DNA from: Utricularia gibba
Lineage: Eukaryota > Plantae > Magnoliophyta
DNA: 64,000 bases
NCBI GenBank assembly: GCA_002189035.1
Contig: NEEC01000041.1
Coordinates: 78,719-142,718 of the forward strand
Reading direction: 5' to 3'
Below are positions 15,001-27,700 of the stretch, piece by piece. Position 1 is the first letter of the stretch. Each line of letters begins with the position of its first letter. The position numbers and the translations under genes were made by a program. Below the pieces are notes generated by a model. That model was given only the letters and a program-made list of their open reading frames with translations, searched no databases and was not told the DNA's origin.

Positions 15001-17044
15001 CTCATGGTGGCCTCGTGCACTCTTCGGTATCGAGTGGATATCTTGCAAATGGTGATGAGTCATGTTGCACATAGCATACCGTTTCGAAGCTCGTTCCGAG
15101 CGGTCTCTTTCGTGTTGAGAACTTGTTCGTCCGAGGAGGCACAAATGCTCGAAAGATTGCCTTATATTAGCCTTAAGATGTGCAACGAAGTGGCCACAAC
15201 GTTCGCGACGATGCGACTCGGGACACCCGACTCGATGCGAATGTGATTTTCGGCATGCAAGACATATGTATTTCATGGGACGATGTGAATATTTGGATTT
15301 CGAGATGATCATTTAAGATGCCATGGGTGTGTCCCTAGCCACAACCTCATGGTGGCCTCGTGCACTCTTCGGTATCGAGTGGATATCTTGCAAATGGTGA
15401 TGAGTCATGTTGCACATAGCATACCGTTTCGAAGCTCGTTCCGAGCCGGTCTTCTTTCGTGTTGAGAACTTGTTCGTCCGAGGAGGCACAAATGCTCGAA
15501 AGATTGCCTTATATTAGCCTTAGATGTGCAACGAAGTGGCCACCACGTTCGCGACGATGCGACTCGGGACACCCGACTCGATGCGAATGTGATTTTCGGC
15601 ATGCAAGACATATGTATTTCATGGGACGATGTGAATATTTGGATTTCGAGATGATCATTTAAGATGCCATGGGTGTGTCCCTAGCCACAACCTCATGGTG
15701 GCCTCGTGCACTCTTCGGTATCGAGTGGATATCTTGCAAATGGTGATGAGTCATGTTGCACATAGCATACCGTTTCGAAGCTCGTTCCGAGCCGGTCTTC
15801 TTTCGTGTTGAGAACTTGTTCGTCCGAGGAGGCACAAATGCTCGAAAGATTGCCTTATATTAGCCTTAAGATGTGCAACGAAGTGGCCACACGTTCGCGA
15901 CGATGCGACTCGGGACACCCGACTCGATGCGAATGTGATTTTCGGCATGCAAGACATATGTATTTCATGGGACGATGTGAATATTTGGATTTCGAGATGA
16001 TCATTTAAGATGCCATGGGTGTGTCCCTAGCCACAACCTCATGGTGGCCTCGTGCACTCTTCGGTATCGAGTGGATATCTTGCAAATGGTGATGAGTCAT
16101 GTTGCACATAGCATACCGTTTCGAAGCTCGTTCCGAGCCGGTCTTCTTTCGTGTTGAGAACTTGTTCGTCCGAGGAGGCACAAATGCTCGAAAGATTGCC
16201 TTATATTAGCCTTAGATGTGCAACGAAGTGGCCACAACGTTCGCGACGATGCGACTCGGGACACCCGACTCGATGCGAATGTGATTTTCGGCATGCAAGA
16301 CATATGTATTTCATGGGACGATGTGAATATTTGGATTTCGAGATGATCATTTAAGATGCCATGGGTGTGTCCCTAGCCACAACCTCATGGTGGCCTCGTG
16401 CACTCTTCGGTATCGAGTGGATATCTTGCAAATGGTGATGAGTCATGTTGCACATAGCATACCGTTTCGAAGCTCGTTCCGAGCCGGTCTTCTTTCGTGT
16501 TGAGAACTTGTTCGTCCGAGGAGGCACAAATGCTCGAAAGATTGCCTTATATTAGCCTTAAGATGTGCAACGAAGTGGCCACACGTTCGCGACGATGCGA
16601 CTCGGGACACCCGACTCGATGCGAATGTGATTTTCGGCATGCAAGACATATGTATTTCATGGGACGATGTGAATATTTGGATTTCGAGATGATCATTTAA
16701 GATGCCATGGGTGTGTCCCTAGCCACAACCTCATGGTGGCCTCGTGCACTCTTCGGTATCGAGTGGATATCTTGCAAACGGTGATGAGTCATGTTGCACA
16801 TAGCATACCGTTTCGAAGCTCGTTCCGAGCCGGTCTCTTTCGTGTTGAGAACTTGTTCGTCCGAGGAGGCACAAATGCTCGAAAGATTGCCTTATATTAG
16901 CCTTAAGATGTGCAACGAAGTGGCCACCACGTTCGCGACGATGCGACTCGGGACACCCGACTCGATGCGAATGTGATTTTCGGCATGCAAGACATATGTA
17001 TTTCATGGGACGATGTGAATATTTGGATTTCGAGATGATCATTT

Positions 17045-17391
17045 AAGATGCCATGGGTGTGTCCCTAGCCACAACCTCATGGTGGCCTCGTGCACTCTTC
17101 GGTATCGAGTGGATATCTTGCAAATGGTGATGAGTCATGTTGCACATAGCATACCGTTTCGAAGCTCGTTCCGAGCCGGTCTTCTTTCGTGTTGAGAACT
17201 TGTTCGTCCGAGGAGGCACAAATGCTCGAAAGATTGCCTTATATTAGCCTTAAGATGTGCAACGAAGTGGCCACCACGTTCGCGACGATGCGACTCGGGA
17301 CACCCGACTCGATGCGAATGTGATTTTCGGCATGCAAGACATATGTATTTCATGGGACGATGTGAATATTTGGATTTCGAGATGATCATTT
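17045..17391 (+). repeat. Reference full-length monomer (347 bp), used for all monomer positions quoted below (monomer position n = 17044+n)
   Basis: Read directly: aagatgccatgggtgtgtccctagccacaacctcatggtggcctcgtgcactcttcggtatcgagtggatatcttgcaaatggtgatgagtcatg...gacgatgtgaatatttggatttcgagatgatcattt. It carries the full-length allele at every common variable site. Confidence 0.95.
17130..17138. promoter_or_regulatory. ATGAGTCAT, exact AP-1/Gcn4-type bZIP motif, one per monomer (representative copy; function unknown)
   Basis: Exact match to the pseudo-palindromic ATGA(C/G)TCAT at monomer positions 86-94. This is a sequence match only. Confidence 0.25.
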
Positions 17392-17939
17392 AAGATGCCA
17401 TGGGTGTGTCCCTAGCCACAACCTCATGGTGGCCTCGTGCACTCTTCGGTATCGAGTGGATATCTTGCAAATGGTGATGAGTCATGTTGCACATAGCATA
17501 CCGTTTCGAAGCTCGTTCCGAGCCGGTCTTCTTTCGTGTTGAGAACTTGTTCGTCCGAGGAGCACAAATGCTCGAAAGATTGCCTTATATTAGCCTTAGA
17601 TGTGCAACGAAGTGGCCACCACGTTCGCGACGATGCGACTCGGGACACCCGACTCGATGCGAATGTGATTTTCGGCATGCAAGACATATGTATTTCATGG
17701 GACGATGTGAATTTGATTTCGAGATGATCATTTAAGATGCCATGGGTGTGTCCCTAGCCACAACTCATGGTGGCCTCGTGCACTTTCGGTATCGAGTGGA
17801 TATCTTGCAAACGGTGATGAGTCATGTTGCACATAGCATACCGTTTCGAAGCTCGTTCCGAGCCGGTCTTCTTTCGTGTTGAGAACTTGTTCGTCCGAGG
17901 AGGCACAAATGCTCGAAAGATTGCCTTATATTAGCCTTC

Positions 17940-18720
17940 AGATGTGCAACATATGCCATGCACGTACGCGATGTGAATATTTCGAGATGCGACGAGGACT
18001 CATTTAAGATGCCATGATGCGAATGTGATCTTCCGTAGCATGCAAGACATATGGTGTTCGTGCACGACGATTCGAATATTTTCGGATTGGAGATGATCTT
18101 TAAGATGCCATGGGTGTGTCCCTAGCCACAACCTCATGGTGGCCTCGTGCACTCTTCGGTATGAGTGGATATCTTGCAAATGGTGATGAGTCATGTTGCA
18201 CATAGCATACCGTTTCGAAGCTCGTTCCGAGCCGGTCTTCTTTCGTGTTGAGAACTTGTTCGTCCGAGGAGGCACAAATGCTCGAAAGATTGCCTTATAT
18301 TAGCCTTAGATGTGCAACGAAGTGGCCACCACGTTCGCGACGATGCGACTCGGGACACCGACTCGATGCGAATGTGATTTTCGGCATGCAAGACATATGT
18401 ATTTCATGGGACGATGTGAATATTTTTCGGATTCGACGAGATGACTCATTTAAGATGCCACGGTCGATGTGAATGTGAGCTTTTCGGCATGCAAGACATA
18501 TGGTGTTCGTGCACGACGATTGCGAATGTATTTTCGATTGGAGATGATCTTTAAGATGCCATGGGTGTGTCCCTAGCCACAACCTCATGGTGGCCTCGAG
18601 CATGTTGCACATAGCGTATCGACCGTTTCGAAGCTTGCAAACCGAGTGCCGGTCTTCTGCACGTGTCATACCGTTGTTCGTCCGAGGTTCCACAAATGGT
18701 CTTCTTTCGTGTTGAGAACT
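17940..18720 (+). other. Rearranged patch containing two copies of a diverged ~100-bp partial monomer
   Basis: tgcaagacatatggtgttcgtgcacgacgatt starts at 18041 and again at 18490; both are followed by attggagatgatctttaagatgccatggg. Confidence 0.7.
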
Positions 18721-21700
18721 TGTTCGTCCGAGGAGGCACAAATGCTCGAAAGATTGCCTTATATTAGCCTTAAGATGTGCAACGAAGTGGCCACCACGTT
18801 CGCGACGATGCGACTCGGGACACCCGACTCGATGCGAATGTGATTTTCGGCATGCAAGACATATGTATTTCATGGGACGATGTGAATTTGGATTTCGAGA
18901 TGATCATTTAAGATGCCATGGGTGTGTCCCTAGCCACAACCTCATGGTGGCCTCGTGCACTCTTCGGTATCGAGTGGATATCTTGCAAACGGTGATGAGT
19001 CATGTTGCACATATCATACCGTTTCGAAGCTCGTTCCGAGCCGGTCTTCTTTCGTGTTGAGAACTTGTTCGTCCGAGGAGGCACAAATGCTCGAAAGATT
19101 GCCTTATATTAGCCTTAGATGTGCAACGAAGTGGCCACCACGTTCGCGACGATGCGACTCGGGACACCCGACTCGATGCGAATGTGATTTTCGGCATGCA
19201 AGACATATGTATTTCATGGGACGATGTGAATATTTGGATTCGAGATGATCATTTAAGATGCCATGGGTGTGTCCCTAGCCACAACCTCATGGTGGCCTCG
19301 TGCACTCTTCGGTATCGAGTGGATATCTTGCAAATGGTGATGAGTCATGTTGCACATAGCATACCGTTTCGAAGCTCGTTCCGAGCCGGTCTTCTTCGTG
19401 TTGAGAACTTGTTCGTCCGAGGAGGCACAAATGCTCGAAAGATTGCCTTATATTAGCCTTAAGATGTGCAACGAAGTGGCCACGTTCGCGACGATGCGAC
19501 TCGGGACACCCGACTCGATGCGAATGTGATTTTCGGCATGCAAGACATATGTATTTCATGGGACGATGTGAATATTTGGATTTCGAGATGATCATTTAAG
19601 ATGCCATGGGTGTGTCCCTAGCCACAACCTCATGGTGGCCTCGTGCACTCTTCGGTATCGAGTGGATATCTTGCAAATGGTGATGAGTCATGTTGCACAT
19701 ATCATACCGTTTCGAAGCTCGTTCCGAGCCGGTCTTCTTTCGTGTTGAGAACTTGTTCGTCCGAGGAGGCACAAATGCTCGAAATTGCCTTATATTAGCC
19801 TAAGATGTGCAACGAAGTGGCCACCACGTTCGCGACGATGCGACTCGGGACACCCGACTCGATGCGAATGTGATTTTCGGCATGCAAGACATATGTATTT
19901 CATGGGACGATGTGAAATTTGGATTCGAGATGATCATTTAAGATGCCATGGGTGTCCCTAGCCACAACCTCATGGTGGCCTCGTGCACTCTTCGGTATCG
20001 AGTGGATATCTTGCAAATGGTGATGAGTCATGTTGCACATAGCATACCGTTTCGAAGCTCGTTCCGAGCCGGTCTCTTTCGTGTTGAGAACTTGTTCGTC
20101 CGAGGAGGCACAAATGCTCGAAAGATTGCCTTATATTAGCCTTAAGATGTGCAACGAAGTGGCCACCACGATGCACTCGCGACGATGCGATGTATTTCAT
20201 GGGGACGATGTGAATATTTCCCGAGCTCGATCATCGAATAAGATGCCATGGGTGTGAAGACATATCATTTCATGGCCGACGTGCACTGTTCGATTTGATC
20301 GATTGGAGATGATCTTTAAGATGCCATGGGTGTGTCCCTAGCCACAACCTCATGGTGGCCTCGTGCACTCTTCGGTATCGAGTGGATATCTTGCAAATGG
20401 TGATGAGTCATGTTGCACAGCATACCGTTTCGAAGCTCGTTCCGAGCCGGTCTACTTTCGTGTTGAGAACTTGTTCGTCCGAGGAGGCACAAATGCTCGA
20501 AAGATTGCCTTATATTAGCCTTAGATGTGCAACGAAGTGGCCACCACGTTCGCGACGATGCGACTCGGGACACCCGACTCGATGCGAATGTGATTTTCGG
20601 CATGCAAGACATATGTATTTCATGGGACGATGTGAAATTTGGATTTCGAGATGATCATTTAAGATGCCATGGGTGTGTCCCTAGCCACAACCTCATGGTG
20701 GCCTCGTGCACTCTTCGGTATCGAGTGGATATCTTGCAAATGGTGATGAGTCATGTTGCACATAGCATACCGTTTCGAAGCTCGTTCCGAGCCGGTCTAC
20801 TTTCGTGTTGAGAACTTGTTCGTCCGAGGAGGCACAAATGCTCGAAAGATTGCCTTATATTAGCCTTAAGATGTGCAACGAAGTGGCCACAACGTTCGCG
20901 ACGATGCGACTCGGGACCCGACTCGATGCGAATGTGATTTTCGGCATGCAAGACATATGTATTTCATGGGACGATGTGAATATTTGGATTTCGAGATGAT
21001 CATTTAAGATGCCATGGGTGTGTCCCACATATGCATTTCACAACCTCATGTGTGGCCTCGTGCTTGGATCGGTATCGAGATGGATCATCTTGCAAATGGT
21101 GGGAGTGTCATGTTGCAGCCACAACCTCATGGTGGCCTCGTGCACTCTTCGGTATCGAGTGGATATCTTGCAAACGGTGATGAGTCATGTTGCACATATC
21201 ATACCGTTTCGAAGCTCGTTCCGAGCCGGTCTTCTTTCGTGTTGAGAACTTGTTCGTCCGAGGAGGCACAAATGCTCGAAAGATTGCCTTATATTAGCCT
21301 TAGATGTGCAACGAAGTGGCCACAACGTTCGCGACGATGCGACTCGGGACACCCGACTCGATGCGAATGTGATTTTCGGCATGCAAGACATATGTATTTC
21401 ATGGGACGATGTGAATATTTGGATTTCGAGATGATCATTTAAGATGCCATGGGTGTGTCCCTAGCCACAACCTCATGGTGGCCTCGTGCACTCTTCGGTA
21501 TCGAGTGGATATCTTGCAAACGGTGATGAGTCATGTTGCACATAGCATACCGTTTCGAAGCTCGTTCCGAGCCGGTCTTCTTTCGTGTTGAGAACTTGTT
21601 CGTCCGAGGAGGCACAAATGCTCGAAAGATTGCCTTATATTAGCCTTAGATGTGCAACGAAGTGGCCACAACGTTCGCGACGATGCGACTCGGGACACCG

Positions 21701-24700
21701 ACTCGATGCGAATGTGATTTTCGGCATGCAAGACATATTTATTTCATGGGACGATGTGAAATTTGGATTTCGAGATGATCATTTAAGATGCCATGGGTGT
21801 GTCCCTAGCCACAACTCATGGTGGCCTCGTGCACTCTTCGGTATCGAGTGGATATCTTGCAAATGGTGATGAGTCATGTTGCACATAGCATACCGTTTCG
21901 AAGCTCGTTCCGAGCGGTCTCTTTCGTGTTGAGAACTTGTTCGTCCGAGGAGGCACAAATGCTCGAAAGATTGCCTTATATTAGCCTTAGATGTGCAACG
22001 AAGTGGCCACCACGTTCGCGACGATGCGACTCGGGACACCCGACTCGATGCGAATGTGATTTTCGGCATGCAAGACATATGTATTTCATGGGACGATGTG
22101 AATATTTGGATTCGAGATGATCATTTAAGATGCCATGGGTGTGTCCCTAGCCACAACCTCATGGTGGCCTCGTGCACTCTTCGGTATCGAGTGGATATCT
22201 TGCAAATGGTGATGAGTCATGTTGCACATAGCATACCGTTTCGAAGCTCGTTCCGAGCCGGTCTTCTTTCGTGTTGAGAACTTGTTCGTCCGAGGAGGCA
22301 CAAATGCTCGAAAGATTGCCTTATATTAGCCTTAAGATGTGCAACGAAGTGGCCACCACGTTCGCGACGATGCGACTCGGGACACCCGACTCGATGCGAA
22401 TGTGATTTTCGGCATGCAAGACATATGTATTTCATGGGACGATGTGAATATTTGGATTTCGAGATGATCATTTAAGATGCCATGGGTGTGTCCCTAGCCA
22501 CAACCTCATGGTGGCCTCGTGCACTCTTCGGTATCGAGTGGATATCTTGCAAATGGTGATGAGTCATGTTGCACATAGCATACCGTTTCGAAGCTCGTTC
22601 CGAGCCGGTCTTCTTTCGTGTTGAGAACTTGTTCGTCCGAGGAGGCACAAATGCTCGAAAGATTGCCTTATATTAGCCTTCAGATGTGCAACGAAGTGGC
22701 CACCACGTTGCGACGATGCGACTCGGGACACCGACTCGATGCGAATGTGATTTTCGGCATGCAAGACATATGTATTTCATGGGACGATGTCGAGATGATC
22801 ATTTAAGATGCCATGGGTGTGTGCGACATGTTGCGGGACACTTGTTCGTCCGAGGAGGCACAAATGCTCGAAAGATTGCCTTATATTAGCCTTCAGATGT
22901 GCAACGAAGTGGCCACCAACGATTCGCGACGATGCGACTCGGGACATCGCGAATGTGACATAAGACATGTATTTCATGGGACGATGTGAAATTTGGATTT
23001 CGAGATGATCATTTAAGATGCCATGGGTGTGTCCCTAGCCACAACCTCATGGTGGCCTCGTGCACTCTTCGGTATCGAGTGGATATCTTGCAAACGGTGA
23101 TGAGTCATGTTGCACATAGCATACCGTTTCGAAGCTCGTTCCGAGCCGGTCTTCTTTCGTGTTGAGAACTTGTTCGTCCGAGGAGGCACAAATGCTCGAA
23201 AGATTGCCTTATATTAGCCTTAAGATGTGCAACGAAGTGGCCACCACGTTCGCGACGATGCGACTCGGGACACCCGACTCGATGCGAATGTGATTTTCGG
23301 CATGCAAGACATATGTATTTCATGGGACGATGTGAAATTTGGATTTCGAGATGATCATTTAAGATGCCATGGGTGTGTCCCTAGCCACAACCTCATGGTG
23401 GCCTCGTGCACTCTTCGGTATCGAGTGGATATCTTGCAAATGGTGATGAGTCATGTTGCACATAGCATACCGTTTCGAAGCTCGTTCCGAGCCGGTCTTC
23501 TTTCGTGTTGAGAACTTGTTCGTCCGAGGAGGCACAAATGCTCGAAAGATTGCCTTATATTAGCCTTCAGATGTGCAACGAAGTGGCCACACACGTTCGC
23601 GACGATGCGACTCGGGACTCCGACTCGATGCGAATGTGATTTTCGGCATGCAAGACATATGTATTTCATGGGACGATGTGAATATTTTGGATTTCGAGAT
23701 GATCATTTAAGATGCCATGGGTGTGTCCCTAGCCACAACCTCATGGTGGCCTCGTGCACTCTTCGGTATTTTCGAGTGGATATCTTGCAAATGGTGATGA
23801 GTCATGTTGCACATAGCGTTTCCGAGCCGGTCTCTTCGTGCCGAGAACTCTTGCTCGTTGTTGAGAAACTTTCGTTCGTCGATGCGAATGTGATTTTTCA
23901 TGGACACAACGATGCTCGAAAGCCATCATGCCTTGCATATCGAGTGGATATCTTGCAAATGGTGATGAGTCATGTTGCACATAGCATACCGTTTCGAAGC
24001 TCGTTCCGAGCCGGTCTTCTTTCGTGTTGACTTGAAGTCGAAAGATTGCCATATTAGCCACGTGGCCACCGTTCGCGCGACGATGCGACTCGGGACACCC
24101 CGACGATGCGATGCGGCATGCAAGACATATGTATTTCATGGGACGATGTGAAATTCGAGCATGATGCCAAGACATATCGTGTTTCATGAACTTGTGTGAA
24201 ATATTTGAGGATTTCGAGAACATGCTCGAAAGATTGCCTTATATTAGCCTTAAGATGTGCAACGAAGTGGCCACCACGTTCGCGACGATGCGACTCGGGA
24301 CACCCGACTCGATGCGAATGTGATTTTCGGCATGCAAGACATATTTATTTCATGGGACGATGTGAAATTTGATTTCGAGATGATCATTTAAGATGCCATG
24401 GTGTGTCCCTAGCCACAACCTCATGGTGGCCTCGTGCACTCTTCGGTATCGAGTGGATATCTTGCAAATGGTGATGAGTCATGTTGCACATAGCATACCG
24501 TTTCGAAGCTCGTTCCGAGCCGGTCTTCTTTCGTGTTGAGAACTTGTTCGTCCGAGGAGGCACAAATGCTCGAAAGATTGCCTTATATTAGCCTTAAGAT
24601 GTGCAACGAAGTGGCCACCACGTTCGCGACGATGCGACTCGGGACACCCGACTCGATGCGAATGTGATTTTCGGCATGCAAGACATATGTATTTCATGGG

Positions 24701-27700
24701 ACGATGTGAATATTTGGATTTCGAGATGATCATTTAAGATGCCATGGGTGTGTCCCTAGCCACAACCTCATGGTGGCCTCGTGCACTCTTCGGTATCGAG
24801 TGGATATCTTGCAAACGGTGATGAGTCATGTTGCACATAGCATACCGTTTCGAAGCTCGTTCCGAGCCGGTCTTCTTTCGTGTTGAGAACTTGTTCGTCC
24901 GAGGAGGCACAAATGCTCGAAAGATTGCCTTATATTAGCCTTAAGATGTGCAACGAAGTGGCCACACGTTCGCGACGATGCGACTCGGGACACCCGACTC
25001 GATGCGAATGTGATTTTCGGCATGCAAGACATATGTATTTCATGGGACGATGTGAATATTTGGATTTCGAGATGATCATTTAAGATGCCATGGGTGTGTC
25101 CCTAGCCACAACCTCATGGTGGCCTCGTGCACTCTTCGGTATCGAGTGGATATCTTGCAAATGGTGATGAGTCATGTTGCACATAGCATACCGTTTCGAA
25201 GCTCGTTCCGAGCCGGTCTTCTTTCGTGTTGAGAACTTGTTCGTCCGAGGAGGCACAAATGCTCGAAAGATTGCCTTATATTAGCCTTAAGATGTGCAAC
25301 GAAGTGGCCACCACGTTCGCGACGATGCGACTCGGGACACCCGACTCGATGCGAATGTGATTTTCGGCATGCAAGACATATGTATTTCATGGGACGATGT
25401 GAATATTTGGATTTCGAGATGATCATTTAAGATGCCATGGGTGTGTCCCTAGCCACAACCTCATGGTGGCCTCGTGCACTCTTCGGTATCGAGTGGATAT
25501 CTTGCAAATGGTGATGAGTCATGTTGCACATAGCATACCGTTTCGAAGCTCGTTCCGAGCCGGTTTCTTTCGTGTTGAGAACTTGTTCGTCCGAGGAGGC
25601 ACAAATGCTCGAAAGATTGCCTTATATTAGCCTTAGATGTGCAACGAAGTGGCCACCACGTTCGCGACGATGCGACTCGGGACACCCGACTCGATGCGAA
25701 TGTGATTTTCGGCATGCAAGACATATGTATTTCATGGGACGATGTGAAATTTGATTTCGAGATGATCATTTAAGATGCCATGGGTGTGTCCCTAGCCACA
25801 ACCTCATGGTGGCCTCGTGCACTCTTCGGTATCGAGTGGATATCTTGCAAATGGTGATGAGTCATGTTGCACATAGCATACCGTTTCGAAGCTCGTTCCG
25901 AGCCGGTCTTCTTTCGTGTTGAGAACTTGTTCGTCCGAGGAGGCACAAATGCTCGAAAGATTGCCTTATATTAGCCTTAAGATGTGCAACGAAGTGGCCA
26001 CCACGTTCGCGACGATGCGACTCGGGACACCCGACTCGATGCGAATGTGATTTTCGGCATGCAAGACATATGTATTTCATGGGACGATGTGAATATTTGG
26101 ATTTCGAGATGATCATTTAAGATGCCATGGGTGTGTCCCTAGCCACAACCTCATGGTGGCCTCGTGCACTCTTCGGTATCGAGTGGATATCTTGCAAATG
26201 GTGATGAGTCATGTTGCACATAGCATACCGTTTCGAAGCTCGTTCCGAGCCGGTCTCTTTCGTGTTGAGAACTTGTTCGTCCGAGGAGGCACAAATGCTC
26301 GAAAGATTGCCTTATATTAGCCTTCAGATGTGCAACGAAGTGGCCACACGTTCGCGACGATGCGACTCGGGACACCGACTCGATGCGAATGTGATTTTCG
26401 GCATGCAAGACATATGTATTTCATGGGACGATGTGAAATTTGGATTTCGAGATGATCATTTAAGATGCCATGGGTGTGTCCCTAGCCACAACCTCATGGT
26501 GGCCTCGTGCACTCTTCGGTATCGAGTGGATATCTTGCAAATGGTGATGAGTCATGTTGCACATAGCATACCGTTTCGAAGCTCGTTCCGAGCCGGTCTC
26601 TTTCGTGTTGAGAACTTGTTCGTCCGAGGAGGCACAAATGCTCGAAAGATTGCCTTATATTAGCCTTCAGATGTGCAACGAAGTGGCCACCACGTTCGCG
26701 ACGATGCGACTCGGGACACCCGACTCGATGCGAATGTGATTTTCGGCATGCAAGACATATGTATTTCATGGGACGATGTGAATATTTGGATTTCGAGATG
26801 ATCATTTAAGATGCCATGGGTGTGTCCCTAGCCACAACCTCATGGTGGCCTCGTGCACTCTTCGGTATCGAGTGGATATCTTGCAAATGGTGATGAGTCA
26901 TGTTGCACATAGCATACCGTTTCGAAGCTCGTTCCGAGCCGGTCTTCTTTCGTGTTGAGAACTTGTTCGTCCGAGGAGGCACAAATGCTCGAAAGATTGC
27001 CTTATATTAGCCTTAGATGTGCAACGAAGTGGCCACCACGTTCGCGACGATGCGACTCGGGACACCCGACTCGATGCGAATGTGATTTTCGGCATGCAAG
27101 ACATATGTATTTCATGGGACGATGTGAATATTTGGATCGATTTCGAGATGATCATTTATCTTGCAGATGCCATGGGTGTTCCGTCCCTAGCCACAACCTC
27201 ATGGTGGCCTCGTGCGACTCTTCGGTATCGAGTGGATATCTTGCAAATGGTGATGAGTCATGTTGCACATAGCATACCGTTTCGAAGCTCGTTCCGAGCC
27301 GGTCTTCTTTCGTGTTGAGAACTTGTTCGTCCGAGGAGGCACAAATGCTCGAAAGATTGCCTTATATTAGCCTTAAGATGTGCAACGAAGTGGCCACCAC
27401 GTTCGCGACGATGCGACTCGGGACACCCGACTCGATGCGAATGTGATTTTCGGCATGCAAGACATATGTATTTCATGGGACGATGTGAAATTTTGGATTT
27501 CGAGATGATCATTTAAGATGCCATGGGTGTGTCCCTAGCCACAACCTCATGGTGGCCTCGTGCACTCTTCGGTATCGAGTGGATATCTTGCAAATGGTGA
27601 TGAGTCATGTTGCACATAGCATACCGTTTCGAAGCTCGTTCCGAGCCGGTCTTCTTTCGTGTTGAGAACTTGTTCGTCCGAGGAGGCACAAATGCTCGAA

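Larger units (their letters stand above)
1..22600 (+). repeat. Left array domain: monomer position 208 is A or missing (gccttAagatg / gccttagatg)
   Basis: The gccttCagatg allele was seen only at ~454 and ~17939, both inside or next to degraded patches. The boundary is approximate. Confidence 0.75.

Noticed and set aside
15315-16698. Apparent dimeric higher-order alternation (ccttag/ccttaag with gccac variants)
   Set aside because: It lasts only four monomers and relies on single-base deletion alleles that are probably consensus artefacts.
17156-17175. tRNA/SINE Pol III B-box-like gtttcgaagc and gttccgagc
   Set aside because: Neither fits GWTCRANNC, and I see no properly spaced A-box or cloverleaf.
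17250-17266. Minus-strand CTTCGTTG matching the start of the human CENP-B box
   Set aside because: The essential CGGG half is absent (it reads TCTT).
17302-17319. CENP-B-box-like motif on the minus strand (TTCG catcg A gt CGGG)
   Set aside because: It has five bases rather than the required four between TTCG and A, so the spacing of the essential TTCG-N4-A-N2-CGGG pattern is wrong.
17045-17391. Monomer as a dimer of ~173-bp sub-repeats
   Set aside because: The two halves do not align by eye. Only short direct repeats (ttaagatg, aagat(t)gcc) occur, at other offsets.
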